Shown: one piece after another, positions 19,054 to 29,065 of the stretch
Numbering within the stretch: the first letter of the stretch is position 1
How the letters are laid out: every line of letters starts with the position of its first letter
IMG/VR virus record: IMGVR_UViG_3300037418_002962
Span: 154,650 to 218,649 of that record
Origin: a virus
Taxonomy: Duplodnaviria; Heunggongvirae; Uroviricota; Caudoviricetes
Length of the DNA: 64,000 nucleotides
Direction: 5' to 3' (one strand)
The notes under the pieces: generated by a model
Seen by the model: the letters and a program-made list of their open reading frames with translations, nothing else
Databases searched by the model: none
What the model was told of the DNA's origin: nothing
Program-made: the position numbers and the translations under genes

Positions 19054-20118
19054 TCAATGATATATCTTACCTAGCTTATATGAGCCTTGAATATTTGAAA
19101 GTGGGCTATCTCTTCTTTTAACGTTAAGAGTTCCTAGGTGGATTTCATTACCTTCATGAGTAATTCCATTAAAATGGACACTGGTTCCACTATGAACAGG
19201 AATAATTGTCTTTACAGCACTCATAATTTTCTTATGAATTTTTACAGGATCTGAAATTTTTACAGTATCTCTTTCTGGATTATATCGCGCACGATAATGA
19301 GTATAAGTATGTTCCCTGTCAACCGTGGATAGATTTGAGATTGTTTTCCTTAATCGTTTCTGATGGTTTTCATGAGTCTCGTTTTCTGCTCTCTTCAGTC
19401 CTCTATGATAGATTTTGGTTATTTTTGTTGTGGCCTTGACACTTTCATCTTGGATCTTCTGAGAGATTTCTGAATCTTTAGGAAGAGACTTGAATATGGC
19501 TCTGGCTTTGTCTCTGCTTGGTTCCTTGATTATCTTGTGAATTTTTTCGTTAGATTTATTTGATATTTCCTGTAATGTACCATTATGGTCATTAATATGT
19601 TTCTCTAGATTTTTAAGTCCTGGTCCAGACTCTGTAGGAATTCTAGAAGAATATTTCAGAGAGATGCCATGATGATTTACCTGTCCATTTTTTGGATGAT
19701 GAGTAATAACAATATCTGCATTACTCTTGGAGGATTTATCTTCTGTTCCATAATTATCCATCAATTTCTTATAATCTGTTGGATTTGATGCCCATGCCAC
19801 AGATGTTTCATGATGGTTTATATGGTATTTCTCTTTGTGCTCAATTCCTTGATGGCCTGAATCATGAAGAGTTTTTAAAATCTGTTGAGCAGTCTTTTCT
19901 GCTCCATGATTTATTTTATGATATTCATCTGGAGGAATTTTGCTTTTCAATTCATCATGGACTTCTTTAGGAGTCTTATTATTTTCTCTAAAGATATTGG
20001 GGAAATGTCCTTCTGGATGCATGTGTCTCGCAACCATAATTTCGAACAATTTCCCCTTAGGATCTCGTAATGAATGACTTGATGCTTCTGTTATTAAAAA
20101 TTGGTTAAATTCTAACAA
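19054..20118 (-). CDS. PD-(D/E)xK-like nuclease with internal-protein-like N-terminus
   Basis: KGKLFE...ADIV...GISLKY pattern; N-terminus MLEFNQFLITEA. Confidence 0.5.
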   Translation of the reverse strand: MLEFNQFLITEASSHSLRDPKGKLFEIMVARHMHPEGHFPNIFRENNKTPKEVHDELKSKIPPDEYHKINHGAEKTAQQILKTLHDSGHQGIEHKEKYHINHHETSVAWASNPTDYKKLMDNYGTEDKSSKSNADIVITHHPKNGQVNHHGISLKYSSRIPTESGPGLKNLEKHINDHNGTLQEISNKSNEKIHKIIKEPSRDKARAIFKSLPKDSEISQKIQDESVKATTKITKIYHRGLKRAENETHENHQKRLRKTISNLSTVDREHTYTHYRARYNPERDTVKISDPVKIHKKIMSAVKTIIPVHSGTSVHFNGITHEGNEIHLGTLNVKRRDSPLSNIQGSYKLGKIYH

Positions 20119-20130
20119 TTTTATCCTTAA

Positions 20131-20565
20131 TTAATTTAGGCTTCTGTTAAGCCTTTCTTCAAAATTCTTACCTGTTCCATCAATAGTATATACTAGCTTA
20201 TTTATGTTAAACTCACTTATACAGGTCATACATCCATCACAGGGCTTGCTGTTTCCCCATACAAACTTACCTGCATCCCTGTCCTTTTTAACCCTTAGAA
20301 CATAAAGCGTAGATCTAGACAAATCATCAAGAGAAATATTCTTGATTGCTCTGCAAATGGCACAAGTTTCGGCATGTAGATATATAGCAGCAGGATTTTT
20401 GGCAAATCTCAACTGAAATGGACTAGTTTTAATCTTGTTCGTGCCTACAGAAATAATATTATTCTTAAGAACAATTGCTGCAGAGTGCTTAGAACTACGC
20501 ACAGGCTCAACATCCTCTGCTATCTTTTCCAAGATAGCAAGGTACTTCATATGATTAACAGCCAT
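20131..20565 (-). CDS. zinc-dependent cytidine/deoxycytidylate deaminase family protein
   Basis: HAE...KPCDGC zinc motif. Confidence 0.85.
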   Translation of the reverse strand: MAVNHMKYLAILEKIAEDVEPVRSSKHSAAIVLKNNIISVGTNKIKTSPFQLRFAKNPAAIYLHAETCAICRAIKNISLDDLSRSTLYVLRVKKDRDAGKFVWGNSKPCDGCMTCISEFNINKLVYTIDGTGKNFEERLNRSLN

Positions 20566-20597
20566 TTTAATCTCTTGTTAGGTCCAATAAAATTATG

Positions 20598-20984
20598 CTA
20601 ATATTTTTTTAGGAGAAAGTCAAGAAACCCAACAAATCTTTTTTCATCTTTTTCTGGGTCAGAAGAACCACACCATTTATCATGAATATTTTGAAGAGTT
20701 GCTAGATCGTTGAATTCTTCATCACAATATCTTATTGATTTGTTTTCACTGTCTTTTACATCAATATATTTATCCTTGATTATAGCAACAAATCCTGATC
20801 TGTTTTCGCAATTTTTCTTAATCTGTGCAATAGTTTCATCATTTAAACTTGCACCAATTACACAATGGCTTCCATCTGGATAAATATATCGGCAATCACA
20901 ATATCCTCTTTGCGCGCCAAGGGATTTTTCATCATAAGCCTTCTTACCTGCATTAATAATTTCTTTAATAGTAATAGTCTGCAT
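20598..20984 (-). CDS. hypothetical protein
   Basis: CRY..PDGSHCVIG, LQNIHD pattern. Confidence 0.55.
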   Translation of the reverse strand: MQTITIKEIINAGKKAYDEKSLGAQRGYCDCRYIYPDGSHCVIGASLNDETIAQIKKNCENRSGFVAIIKDKYIDVKDSENKSIRYCDEEFNDLATLQNIHDKWCGSSDPEKDEKRFVGFLDFLLKKY

Positions 20985-21343
20985 TACAAATTAATTCCTT
21001 CTTGTTTAAATTTCCATGTAGGTCTTGCAACCACATGCTCACATTCATCATCCATTTTTTCTATATGATAATCACAAATTCCATATTCCAATTCTTCATC
21101 AGAAAAAAGATAATGTGAACAATCCTTGTGAGAACAACGAGTCATTTTCTCCCTCAAACAATTTCTGGAATTTCAGAGTTACGAATCCATTTCTTGTCAT
21201 TGAAATAATCATTGGCAAACACATTTGATTCGTGCTCAATGACACAAGTGAATTTCTCATTATATAACCAAACAGTGTCCCCAAGATTATATTTAACCTT
21301 GGGTTCCCATGTGTTAGGATGTTTCAGAGCCATGACGAATCCT

Positions 21344-22696
21344 TTATGAAAATTTACCTTTTTTGGTCTCTGATTCTGAAGAAATGGCTTGTGAAGCTAT
21401 CCCTTCTTGGGCAGAACCATCAACATCATATAACCTCATTTTCTGCCTGTCAATACCTACCATAAACTTTGGCATTTTGTTCAGATCATCGTATCGAGAT
21501 TTCAACTGTTTTATCAAAATTTGTCCCAATTTATATAATTCATCGTTTGTAATCAAGGCTAAATAGAAATCCAATGTCTGAGGAATACCAAATGATTCAG
21601 CAGTTTTTTCCATTCCGAAATCAGAATCTACCGACCCTTCACGATTTGTCTGCACTGCAGTCCATACTGGCACATCGAATTCAATTCCTAGTGCTCTTAG
21701 TTCTTCTGCAACAGATTTAAGGTACTGATAATTATCTGTGCTTGCTCTTTTATATCTTGAAGATGCACAAATGTTAAGATAATCAATAATGATAATATCA
21801 GGAACGAAATTTTGCTTTAACTTTAATTCATTAATGAGATGTCTGAAGTTAGCTGCTGAAGCTGTTCCTGTAGGATATTCTTTGGTTTTTAATTTTCCAG
21901 GAAGCTTATCTTTAATTCTGCCAATTTTTTTCTTAAATGATTCCAGAGGTAAAATTCCCAGATCTTCAATATTCACATCAAGAAGATTGGCGTCAATTCT
22001 CTCCATTACTTTCTTTTCAGAAAGCTCCATGGTAATATAGAGAACATTTTTTCCAGATGCATAATACGAAGCTGCTAGATGGCATAAGAAAAGACTTTTA
22101 CCAGCACCAGTACCACCAATAACAGCATTAAGAGTTTTCTTTTCTACTCCACCTTTAGTTGCTCTATTTAACAGATCAATATCAAAAGGAATTTTATCAG
22201 TTTTTTCATGATAGCTTTTATATCTATCCATGAAATCATCTGTATAATCATGCCCGATAGAACTATCAAAGGAAACAGCCAGAGCATCTGTTAAAATTTG
22301 AGGGATAGAAGCTTTTTCCAGTTTCCCTTTTTTGTCATCAAGAATATTAATTGATTCCATAATGCCAAGGTAAATTGCCCTGTCCTTGCACCATGTTTCT
22401 GTTTGATTAAGAAGAAACTCTAAATCAGTTTCTTCATCAATGCTAATCTCATCAATTAATTCATTGAGATTTTTAAAGGATTCTTCTGTAATACCATCTG
22501 AAAGATTTTCAGCCTCGATATACAGAGCTTCCTTTGTTGGTGTTTTATTGTAATTATCGATATATTCTTTAATTATACGAAAAAGCGTTTTTTCTGATTG
22601 GATCTGGAAATATTCTTCCTTGATATAAGGAATGGCTTTTCTGGTAAATTCTACGTTCAATACTAAATGCGAAAGAATAACTTGCTCTAAACTCAT
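21344..22696 (-). CDS. gp41: replicative DNA helicase (T4 gp41-like)
   Basis: GTGAGKS Walker A, IIIDYL, TAVQTNR, AESFG, MVGIDRQKMRLYD. Confidence 0.95.
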   Translation of the reverse strand: MSLEQVILSHLVLNVEFTRKAIPYIKEEYFQIQSEKTLFRIIKEYIDNYNKTPTKEALYIEAENLSDGITEESFKNLNELIDEISIDEETDLEFLLNQTETWCKDRAIYLGIMESINILDDKKGKLEKASIPQILTDALAVSFDSSIGHDYTDDFMDRYKSYHEKTDKIPFDIDLLNRATKGGVEKKTLNAVIGGTGAGKSLFLCHLAASYYASGKNVLYITMELSEKKVMERIDANLLDVNIEDLGILPLESFKKKIGRIKDKLPGKLKTKEYPTGTASAANFRHLINELKLKQNFVPDIIIIDYLNICASSRYKRASTDNYQYLKSVAEELRALGIEFDVPVWTAVQTNREGSVDSDFGMEKTAESFGIPQTLDFYLALITNDELYKLGQILIKQLKSRYDDLNKMPKFMVGIDRQKMRLYDVDGSAQEGIASQAISSESETKKGKFS

Positions 22697-22776
22697 ATTG
22701 CTCCTTAAATATTTTTGATTATTTATAGCATACCATAAAATTCATAAATAATCAAGAAAAGAAATTATAGGTAAAA

Positions 22777-23502
22777 ATGAAAAGTCTTAAAGAAACGTTA
22801 CAATTAGGTCTAGAGTATCACGATACATTAAATCCAAAGTTATGGGATCTAAATACAAATAAATTAAAGCCAGAGATAAGAGGGCATTTACTTGCAATTG
22901 CTAATGCATGGGCAGCATTTACTAAAATTCCCCAAGATGCAATTGTTGATGTTGTTATATCGGGTGGAAATGCAAATTACAATTATTCCCCTTTATCAGA
23001 TATTGATGTTCATTTACGCTGTAATTTCACGAAGATGTCTGTTGTAGATCCAGAAATCATGAAAGATTATATTTTCTCCAAAATGACTTTATGGAGCATT
23101 AAACATCCTATAGTAATATCTGGATATCCTGTCCAACTATTTGCCCAAGATATTAGCGATCCTGAACAAACTCCAATTAACCAGGGAGTTTATTCATTAA
23201 CCAAAAATGAGTGGGAAATTATGCCAAATAAACTTAGCATCGATTATGATAACGATAAGATGCTGAAAGATAAAGTTAACTATTATGCCAAATTAATTGA
23301 CCATTTAATAGATTCTGATGCCTCTGTTGATGTTATCAAGAAACTAAGAGATAAATTAAGTAATATGAGAGCAGAATCATTGCATAAATCTGGAGAATTT
23401 TCGATAGGTAATTTAATTTATAAAAGTTTAAGAAATAGTGGTTATTTACAAAAACTTTCAAATTTTGCTAATGGAAAAGAAGATAAAGAATTATCTCTCT
23501 AG
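22777..23502 (+). CDS. DNA polymerase beta-superfamily nucleotidyltransferase
   Basis: ISGGNANYNYSPLSDIDVH (GS..DxD), GEFSIGNLIYK; upstream CATAAATA late-promoter-like site. Confidence 0.75.
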   Translation: MKSLKETLQLGLEYHDTLNPKLWDLNTNKLKPEIRGHLLAIANAWAAFTKIPQDAIVDVVISGGNANYNYSPLSDIDVHLRCNFTKMSVVDPEIMKDYIFSKMTLWSIKHPIVISGYPVQLFAQDISDPEQTPINQGVYSLTKNEWEIMPNKLSIDYDNDKMLKDKVNYYAKLIDHLIDSDASVDVIKKLRDKLSNMRAESLHKSGEFSIGNLIYKSLRNSGYLQKLSNFANGKEDKELSL

Positions 23503-23506
23503 ATTA

Positions 23507-23767
23507 TTAATCTACAATCTCTGTCTCAACAACTTCTACTGAATCAAACGAAATTCCCATTTCATCTGGCATACCATAACCCTCAATAAAATTAGTTCCA
23601 TCAGTGATCCCCCGAACATAAAGTTGTGCTAGGTGTTCGTAGTGCTCTTCAATAGTATCAAATTCAAAGAAGTTAGCATTAAAGTCTTCCATAAATACAT
23701 TATCAAATTTATCTTCATCCAGAGTAATTTCTACTTCTGTAACCACTCTGATAATACGTGTTGTCAT
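23507..23767 (-). CDS. hypothetical protein
   Basis: 86-aa acidic ORF. Confidence 0.55.
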   Translation of the reverse strand: MTTRIIRVVTEVEITLDEDKFDNVFMEDFNANFFEFDTIEEHYEHLAQLYVRGITDGTNFIEGYGMPDEMGISFDSVEVVETEIVD

Positions 23768-24156
23768 TTCTTCTCTCCATATTTGTAATTCATATCTGCT
23801 TTATAGGTCAATGTAATTGGAATTTTACCTTCATCTGTGTACCAAATCGTTTTCCCTCTTCTAGTCATATATTCAATCTCAAAGGCAGTTCCTTTCGATT
23901 TGGTCCAGCCATCTGCCATCACAACAATAAGTCCTAAGGCAGAATCGAGCATTGGAATTTGAGCCTGAACCCATAAATCAACGTCAAGAGGATCTATATC
24001 ACCATAAATTGCAATTGGGTGACAATGAACAATCGGAGAGAAAACAGGAATCTTCTCCTTAACATAGAGAGAAGATTCCTTTGCTGCCATTTGATAAGCA
24101 GCAGTTATTCCATCCTTATATAGAGTGTAGGGAGTTGCGAGATACCAATAACTCAA
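23764..24156 (-). CDS. DUF1937-like (nucleoside deoxyribosyltransferase-fold) protein
   Basis: YLATPYT, FSPIVHCH, GWTKSKGTAFEI. Confidence 0.7.
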   Translation of the reverse strand: MSYWYLATPYTLYKDGITAAYQMAAKESSLYVKEKIPVFSPIVHCHPIAIYGDIDPLDVDLWVQAQIPMLDSALGLIVVMADGWTKSKGTAFEIEYMTRRGKTIWYTDEGKIPITLTYKADMNYKYGEKK

Positions 24157-25275
24157 TTACTCTTCCCCGTCATCTTCATCGTCATCAATCATCATTTCTT
24201 CATCATCAGAATTTCCAAGGATGGACCCATTTACAAGCATATACTTATTACGAATGAAATCCTTGAATTTTTGATCTGCAAGAATTGGTGCCCAAAATGC
24301 TTCATTATTAAGTTGTCTCTCTCTGAAGCTTTTTTCTGATACTTCTCCTGTTTCCATATTCACAGAAGCATACCAGCCTTTCTTTGGCTTCACCACATGG
24401 CCTGAGGCTAATGCTTCATCAAGTAGACCTGAATAAACATCCAATCCTGCACCAGTTCTCCAGACTTTGATAGGAATCTTTATTCCTTCTTTTACGCTTC
24501 TAGATTTTTCAATTTTAATTTTATAATTAAATGCAACAACTTCTTTCTCTTCTACACCAGTACCTTTTTCGGATTCTCTAGTAATTACAAGAATATTACT
24601 AGCAGCAAAAAAAGGGCCTTGGCCGCTCGAAACAATTTCTTTGGAATATTTCTCCATTGTTTTATAAGTATGATTAATGGCTACAAGAGGAATCTTTCTC
24701 TTTGCAAGCATTGGAGTGATAGTTCTAAAAACACTTTTCATTTTTTTCTGTCTTCTTCCTACATCTTCTGCAATATGCTCTTCTTCTGCATTTGCGACCT
24801 CGGTAAGAGAAGCCACATTACCAATAGAATCAATAAAAATGAAAACTTTATCGTTTCTTTTAATAATTTTAATATGCTTAACAAGTTCTGAATGTAATTC
24901 TTCTAAATTTTCAATTGGAACATGAAGAACTCTTTCTGGGTCGATCCCTACAGAAATAAAATAATCTTTGCCATGAGTTCCGAATTCATTATCACAAAAT
25001 AGCAAAAATGCTTCTGGATATTTATCTAAATATCTCTTTGCTAAAATAAGTCCAAACAATGTTTTAAAATGTCTTGACTGTCCGGCAATAATTGTTTGTT
25101 CGTCTTCTGCAAATCCTATATCCAGATCTCCAGAAAATGCAACATTAAACATTGGAATTTCTGTATCTACAGTTAATTTCCCACCTTTGAATAATTCTGA
25201 TTGACTAAGAACAGCAGTTTCCCCAATACTTGAGTTCTTTGCCATACTTGCCATTAGTTCATTTTTAAATGCCAT
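24157..25275 (-). CDS. uvsX: UvsX RecA-like recombinase
   Basis: AGQSRHFKT variant Walker A, DNEFG, IDSIGN, INHTY, YSGLLD.A..SGHV.KP..GWY. Confidence 0.92.
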   Translation of the reverse strand: MAFKNELMASMAKNSSIGETAVLSQSELFKGGKLTVDTEIPMFNVAFSGDLDIGFAEDEQTIIAGQSRHFKTLFGLILAKRYLDKYPEAFLLFCDNEFGTHGKDYFISVGIDPERVLHVPIENLEELHSELVKHIKIIKRNDKVFIFIDSIGNVASLTEVANAEEEHIAEDVGRRQKKMKSVFRTITPMLAKRKIPLVAINHTYKTMEKYSKEIVSSGQGPFFAASNILVITRESEKGTGVEEKEVVAFNYKIKIEKSRSVKEGIKIPIKVWRTGAGLDVYSGLLDEALASGHVVKPKKGWYASVNMETGEVSEKSFRERQLNNEAFWAPILADQKFKDFIRNKYMLVNGSILGNSDDEEMMIDDDEDDGEE

Positions 25276-25291
25276 TTATACTCCTTTAAAA

Positions 25292-25549
25292 TTACTCTAT
25301 AAACTCGTTATCGTCAATATCCCATGCGCTTCCTGGTTCAATCTTAGCTGGAATTTCCATTCCGTCAGAAAGTCTATTTAAGAAGAATAATGAGATATTA
25401 TATCCGCCATAAAAATTAGAGAGATTTGCCAGTGTCCATCCTAATGCACTCAGGATTACTAGAACAGCCATTGCAAACCAATGAATGGCTGTAGCTAGTA
25501 TTCCAATAATAATTGCAATCAATGCAATAATAGGTGCAAAAATCTTCAT
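25292..25549 (-). CDS. small membrane protein
   Basis: Hydrophobic N-terminal half. Confidence 0.55.
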   Translation of the reverse strand: MKIFAPIIALIAIIIGILATAIHWFAMAVLVILSALGWTLANLSNFYGGYNISLFFLNRLSDGMEIPAKIEPGSAWDIDDNEFIE

Positions 25550-25788
25550 GGGATTTCCCTGACTAATTCAGCTTTATCTACTCTGAATATTATGATATTT
25601 GTTTCTTTATCTTCTCCAGCCAGAGTCACTGTTGCATAAGAATGATCTTTACTTTTCGTGAATCTTCTAATAAATCCTGATCTGAAGTTTCCTTTTCTTT
25701 TTGACCACCATTTTATATGGTCTCCAAGATGTAATATGTTGTGATTTTTATCTGCAAAAAAATTTGATTGATATTTATTTCTAATCAT
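25546..25788 (-). CDS. hypothetical protein
   Basis: 80-aa ORF, overlapping start/stop. Confidence 0.5.
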   Translation of the reverse strand: MIRNKYQSNFFADKNHNILHLGDHIKWWSKRKGNFRSGFIRRFTKSKDHSYATVTLAGEDKETNIIIFRVDKAELVREIP

Positions 25789-26049
25789 TTATTGGATTTT
25801 TACCGATGGAATTGACCAAAGATTTACTTTGTACTTAACAACTGCAGGATTTGTTTCTGCCTGATGTCTTCTAGTGAAGGGAGCAATTACCACTCTTTCT
25901 GTATTTGGATGCCTTTTTGTTGAATGTGGTCTGATATCAACAACTCTACCAAATCTCATTTCCTTCCATCTAGGAGATAGCCAAGAAACTATACTTCCCT
26001 TTGTGAATACAACATCATGATTTACAACTAATTTTTCCATTCTTAACAC
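25789..26049 (-). CDS. hypothetical protein
   Basis: 86-aa ORF. Confidence 0.5.
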   Translation of the reverse strand: MLRMEKLVVNHDVVFTKGSIVSWLSPRWKEMRFGRVVDIRPHSTKRHPNTERVVIAPFTRRHQAETNPAVVKYKVNLWSIPSVKIQ

Positions 26050-26267
26050 CTTACCATTGTATTTGATAAATCAAACTGTCCATGAGTTTCGTTTAATAAT
26101 TGCTGATGATTTGCGTTTCCCATTGAAGGATCAATTTCATGAATGAAAACAAGGTTCAGATGCTTCTTTACTTTATCTACCTGTTCTTCATCCAACCAGC
26201 TACCTTCATCTAAAGTAGCAATTTCAAAAAATCCCTGAAGCCAATAACAAAAATCTCTACTAGTCAT
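26043..26267 (-). CDS. conserved phage hypothetical protein
   Basis: MTSRDFCYWLQGFFEI...KHLNLVF pattern. Confidence 0.65.
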   Translation of the reverse strand: MTSRDFCYWLQGFFEIATLDEGSWLDEEQVDKVKKHLNLVFIHEIDPSMGNANHQQLLNETHGQFDLSNTMVRC

Positions 26268-26302
26268 ATTTCTTTACTCCTATAATATATATTTGTCAAG
26301 TA

Positions 26303-27400
26303 TTAATTAAACCATTTACTTAAATCAGATTTCTTTTCACATTTCCAGCCAATAGCATCCGTGATAGACCTAATTGGTTTCAGGAACCCCTTTTCAAGTA
26401 AAGCATATTTATCAATGTAATCGTCAAGTTTTAGCTCTTTTGGAATATTTCTTCCAGGAAATGAAATAATAGTGGAAAATATTGGATTAGGGTCAGTCAG
26501 ATAAACGAACTTAATCTTATCCCCATCATTAATTTCTGGATATTTATCATCAATTCCTCTTGACTTCAAGAGAGCATTGTAAATCAGAGATCCTTTTACT
26601 TGTGCTGGAGTTCCTTTTGAATATATGGTCTCTGAGTTCCCATATTTCTTCATACCATTTATGCCTTTAGGAAAAGCAATTTCATTAATAGGGAAAACCT
26701 TTGTCTTAAATTCCTCAACGAAATCAATAAGATCCTTTTCTTCCTTATTCATAATGATATTTACAGCTTCTTTAATACCTTTCCTATAAGCTGCTGGTGT
26801 AGAAGACCTTTGAGATTCCAATCCCTTAATAATCAATTTTGGTGTAGGATATCGTAAGCCTTCCTTATCGAATACATTAAGAGCATAATGTTTTTTCCCT
26901 GTCCATATCCCTTTATTTGCAACTATATCTCTGCCCATCTTGATTTTCTTTTCAAAATAGCCTGTATAATCTGAAAATTCGTCAAAAGACTTGGCGATTA
27001 CTTTATCAAGTTTCTGATCACAAAGATTACAAATGAACTCAACAATCTCTTCGTCTGGTGTTCCTTCTGGGAAAATCTTTTCAATCAAAGGATTGAGAGT
27101 TAGCAAATTAGAATCAGTATCAATACCAATGATATACTCAAAATCTACTGTTCCAATTGCTTTATTTAAATATTCGTTAAGGTCTTTCTGGACCCATTGA
27201 ATAGCAACCTGTCCTGTCTTGGTAATCGATTCTCCAAGTCTGATATCAACCCAACGCATATAGGCATTCGTTAAGGCACCAAAAAGAGAGTTAGCAAGAA
27301 TTTTACTTGACTGCCTCTGAACACCAAATTTTGATACTTCATTGTAAATTTTTAAATATAAAGCCTCTAATTCATCATCAGATAATATACTATAATCCAT
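26303..27400 (-). CDS. gp43: family B DNA polymerase, C-terminal subunit (gp43B)
   Basis: KILANSLFG (motif B), IDTDS (motif C), KKHYAL, KGLESQRSSTP. Confidence 0.92.
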   Translation of the reverse strand: MDYSILSDDELEALYLKIYNEVSKFGVQRQSSKILANSLFGALTNAYMRWVDIRLGESITKTGQVAIQWVQKDLNEYLNKAIGTVDFEYIIGIDTDSNLLTLNPLIEKIFPEGTPDEEIVEFICNLCDQKLDKVIAKSFDEFSDYTGYFEKKIKMGRDIVANKGIWTGKKHYALNVFDKEGLRYPTPKLIIKGLESQRSSTPAAYRKGIKEAVNIIMNKEEKDLIDFVEEFKTKVFPINEIAFPKGINGMKKYGNSETIYSKGTPAQVKGSLIYNALLKSRGIDDKYPEINDGDKIKFVYLTDPNPIFSTIISFPGRNIPKELKLDDYIDKYALLEKGFLKPIRSITDAIGWKCEKKSDLSKWFN

Positions 27401-28905
27401 TAAAACCTTTCTTCTCTAATTTTCAATCCTCTTTTTTTCATTTCTTGTTCGATAAGGAGTAATTCTTTTTCTTTTATCTTCTTTTCTGCATCAGCAGAGT
27501 TTTTCAATTGCATTACTTCCTTAATAACTTCTGGAATAAATCCAGATCCATCCTTTTTGTAAGTATAGCCATTGGCAGTTACACATACATCATTTTCTTC
27601 AAGGAATTGTCTAATTTGTTCATCATTGAGAATCCCTGCAAGGCAAGAATCGACATCAACACCAGAAACAAATTCAAAGAGTTTTTCAGGAGAAATATTA
27701 TACTGAATAATTAAGCTTGGGTAAAGGCTCGATACGTCATAAGTAACAACCCATTTATACATCCCTTCCTTAACTTCTTTTACATATCCTCCAGCAAAAG
27801 TATCATCCCGAGCCTCAAATTTTTTGGGAGGAACACAAATATTTCTATCCATCAGATAACGATGAATGATCATATCCCAAATTCTAACAGTACCCAGAAG
27901 ATCCGCAAAATTGCATTTAGCATAATAAGTAACCATTATGCAAAGAGAAATAAATTGCCTTTTTTCTTCTAGCCTATCAACTAGTTCAGTATCCAGAATG
28001 TTATAATCAACAAATTTTTGATAATCTTTTTCTTCCAACTCATCAAGAGTTTCATATTCAGAATAATTTAGCTTGCCAGTATCCAGTTCATAATTGGCAA
28101 CATGCTCTAGAGAATAATCTTCTTGTGGAGTATGGGAAAATTTCTTATACAAATCTTGATAATCAAGTTGTGCCCTGCCATAAATCAATTTTTCAATTCT
28201 TGTACGCCCTGTTTTATCAGTCTTTTCAACATCCTCTACAATTCCCCATGGAGACAGAGAATTAGCAGCAGATTCCCCAAGAACTCGTTTTAATCTATTA
28301 TGAATATACGTAATATCGAATTGATTCGAATTCCATCCGGTAATAATATCAAGATCGCATTCAGGAGACTTCCAGAATTCTAGGAATTTCCATAGCATAT
28401 CTCTTTCATCTTTACAATGAAAGAAAGTAACATTTGATTTTTTTGGGATGTATTTTTTATAACCAAAAGTATAGGCATGACCATTTTTTCTAATGGTGAT
28501 TAGAGTTATCTCTTTTTCTGCAGTTACAGCTTTTGCGTATGGTCCTTCTCCCTTTCGAGTTTCAATATCGATGGTTCCTCTACTAATAATAGATTCATCG
28601 TATTGAATTTTTCCGGGAAATTCATCATAGATATAAAGATAATTATATTGATTTAATCCATGAATTTCGTAATTCTCAACGTCTCCATATTCTTGAATGA
28701 ATTTAGAAGCCTCTGACATTTTGTCAAAGTATCTTTTAATGAAATGCTTGCCATGAATATTTCTATGAGTTCCTTCCTGTCCTAATGGAACAGGAACAAA
28801 GAGATAGGGATTATAATATTCCTTTAATTCAAATCTCTTACCGTCTTCATAACCCCTTATTAATAAGTAGTTTCTATTTCTTTCTACGCTTGTATAAAAC
28901 CTCAT
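27400..28905 (-). CDS. gp43: family B DNA polymerase, N-terminal exonuclease/palm subunit (gp43A)
   Basis: DIET, TGWNSNQFDITY, YNILD exonuclease motifs; GGYV, DVSSLYPS motif A. Confidence 0.92.
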   Translation of the reverse strand: MRFYTSVERNRNYLLIRGYEDGKRFELKEYYNPYLFVPVPLGQEGTHRNIHGKHFIKRYFDKMSEASKFIQEYGDVENYEIHGLNQYNYLYIYDEFPGKIQYDESIISRGTIDIETRKGEGPYAKAVTAEKEITLITIRKNGHAYTFGYKKYIPKKSNVTFFHCKDERDMLWKFLEFWKSPECDLDIITGWNSNQFDITYIHNRLKRVLGESAANSLSPWGIVEDVEKTDKTGRTRIEKLIYGRAQLDYQDLYKKFSHTPQEDYSLEHVANYELDTGKLNYSEYETLDELEEKDYQKFVDYNILDTELVDRLEEKRQFISLCIMVTYYAKCNFADLLGTVRIWDMIIHRYLMDRNICVPPKKFEARDDTFAGGYVKEVKEGMYKWVVTYDVSSLYPSLIIQYNISPEKLFEFVSGVDVDSCLAGILNDEQIRQFLEENDVCVTANGYTYKKDGSGFIPEVIKEVMQLKNSADAEKKIKEKELLLIEQEMKKRGLKIREERF

Positions 28906-29065
28906 TAAACCTCTTTATTTTATATATTTTAAAATTATTTCCAGATCTGACATATACAATTTATTGCCAGATCTATCAATAATCATTTCATCAATATATT
29001 TACTTTTCTTTTTAAGAATCTCCCTTATATTACGGGATATATTGTTTGTTTTTGGTCTATTTTTA

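Noticed and set aside
27390-27480. Split intein at the gp43A/gp43B junction
   Set aside because: No Cys/Ser-initiated intein N-fragment or His-Asn C-terminus; both ends look like short coiled coils.
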